Below the pieces are notes generated by a model that ran no database searches, was not told the origin of the DNA, and worked only from the letters and a program-made list of their open reading frames with translations. The translations under genes were made by a program, and so were the position numbers. A DNA stretch of 63,579 bases, counting the filler, from Reclinomonas americana ATCC 50394 (taxonomy: Eukaryota): assembly GCA_048213135.1 (NCBI GenBank). It is 4 parts of 3 records of this genome, joined end to end, with 100 filler letters (N's around TTAATTAATTAA, not from the genome) between each part and the next. Parts side by side here need not be neighbours in the genome. Positions count along the whole stretch, not along the records: positions 53,558 to 63,579 come from PS015200.1; 3 more parts are not named here. One strand, written 5' to 3'. Below are positions 63,507 through 63,579 of the stretch, one piece after another. The stretch's first letter is position 1; every line of letters begins with the position of its first letter.

Positions 63507-63579
63507 GTCTGTCTCCGTCTCTTCCTCTGTCTCTGTTCCCTTCTCTCATCGCTTTCTTGCTCTCTCTCTCTCTCTCTCA

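Overview
Draft genomic DNA of an intron-rich, microsatellite-rich eukaryote, probably unicellular; the lineage cannot be determined from the sequence. It is not prokaryotic, and I saw no rRNA, tRNA or CRISPR array. Three N44-TTAATTAATTAA-N44 linkers show that the window is four separate scaffolds joined artificially (1-22585, 22686-50377, 50478-53457, 53558-63579). Scaffold 1 has an EXD1/Egalitarian-like 3'-5' exonuclease with degenerate catalytic residues. Divergent from it are two tandem paralogues built from 6 and 5 copies of an unrecognised ~200-aa multi-exon module. Scaffold 2 has an RNI-type LRR gene (probably split by a mis-oriented contig), a 2OG-Fe(II) oxygenase, a LamG-Ubl-Ubl-TKL kinase, a Munc13-like C2-MUN protein and a large FN3/NHL/cadherin-like/PAN protein. 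Scaffold 3 has a restriction-like endonuclease remnant typical of non-LTR retroelements. Scaffold 4 has the 3' part of a CNNM transporter, the start of a UBA-like gene, and the best candidate for a new system: an apparently complete 9-exon, ~1700-aa NLR-like gene with HEPN (RxxxxH intact), NB-ARC and 21 TPRs. Across the window, many introns use an unusual GTTGCGT donor. All gene models were spliced by hand and all domain names come from motif recognition; no searches were run.
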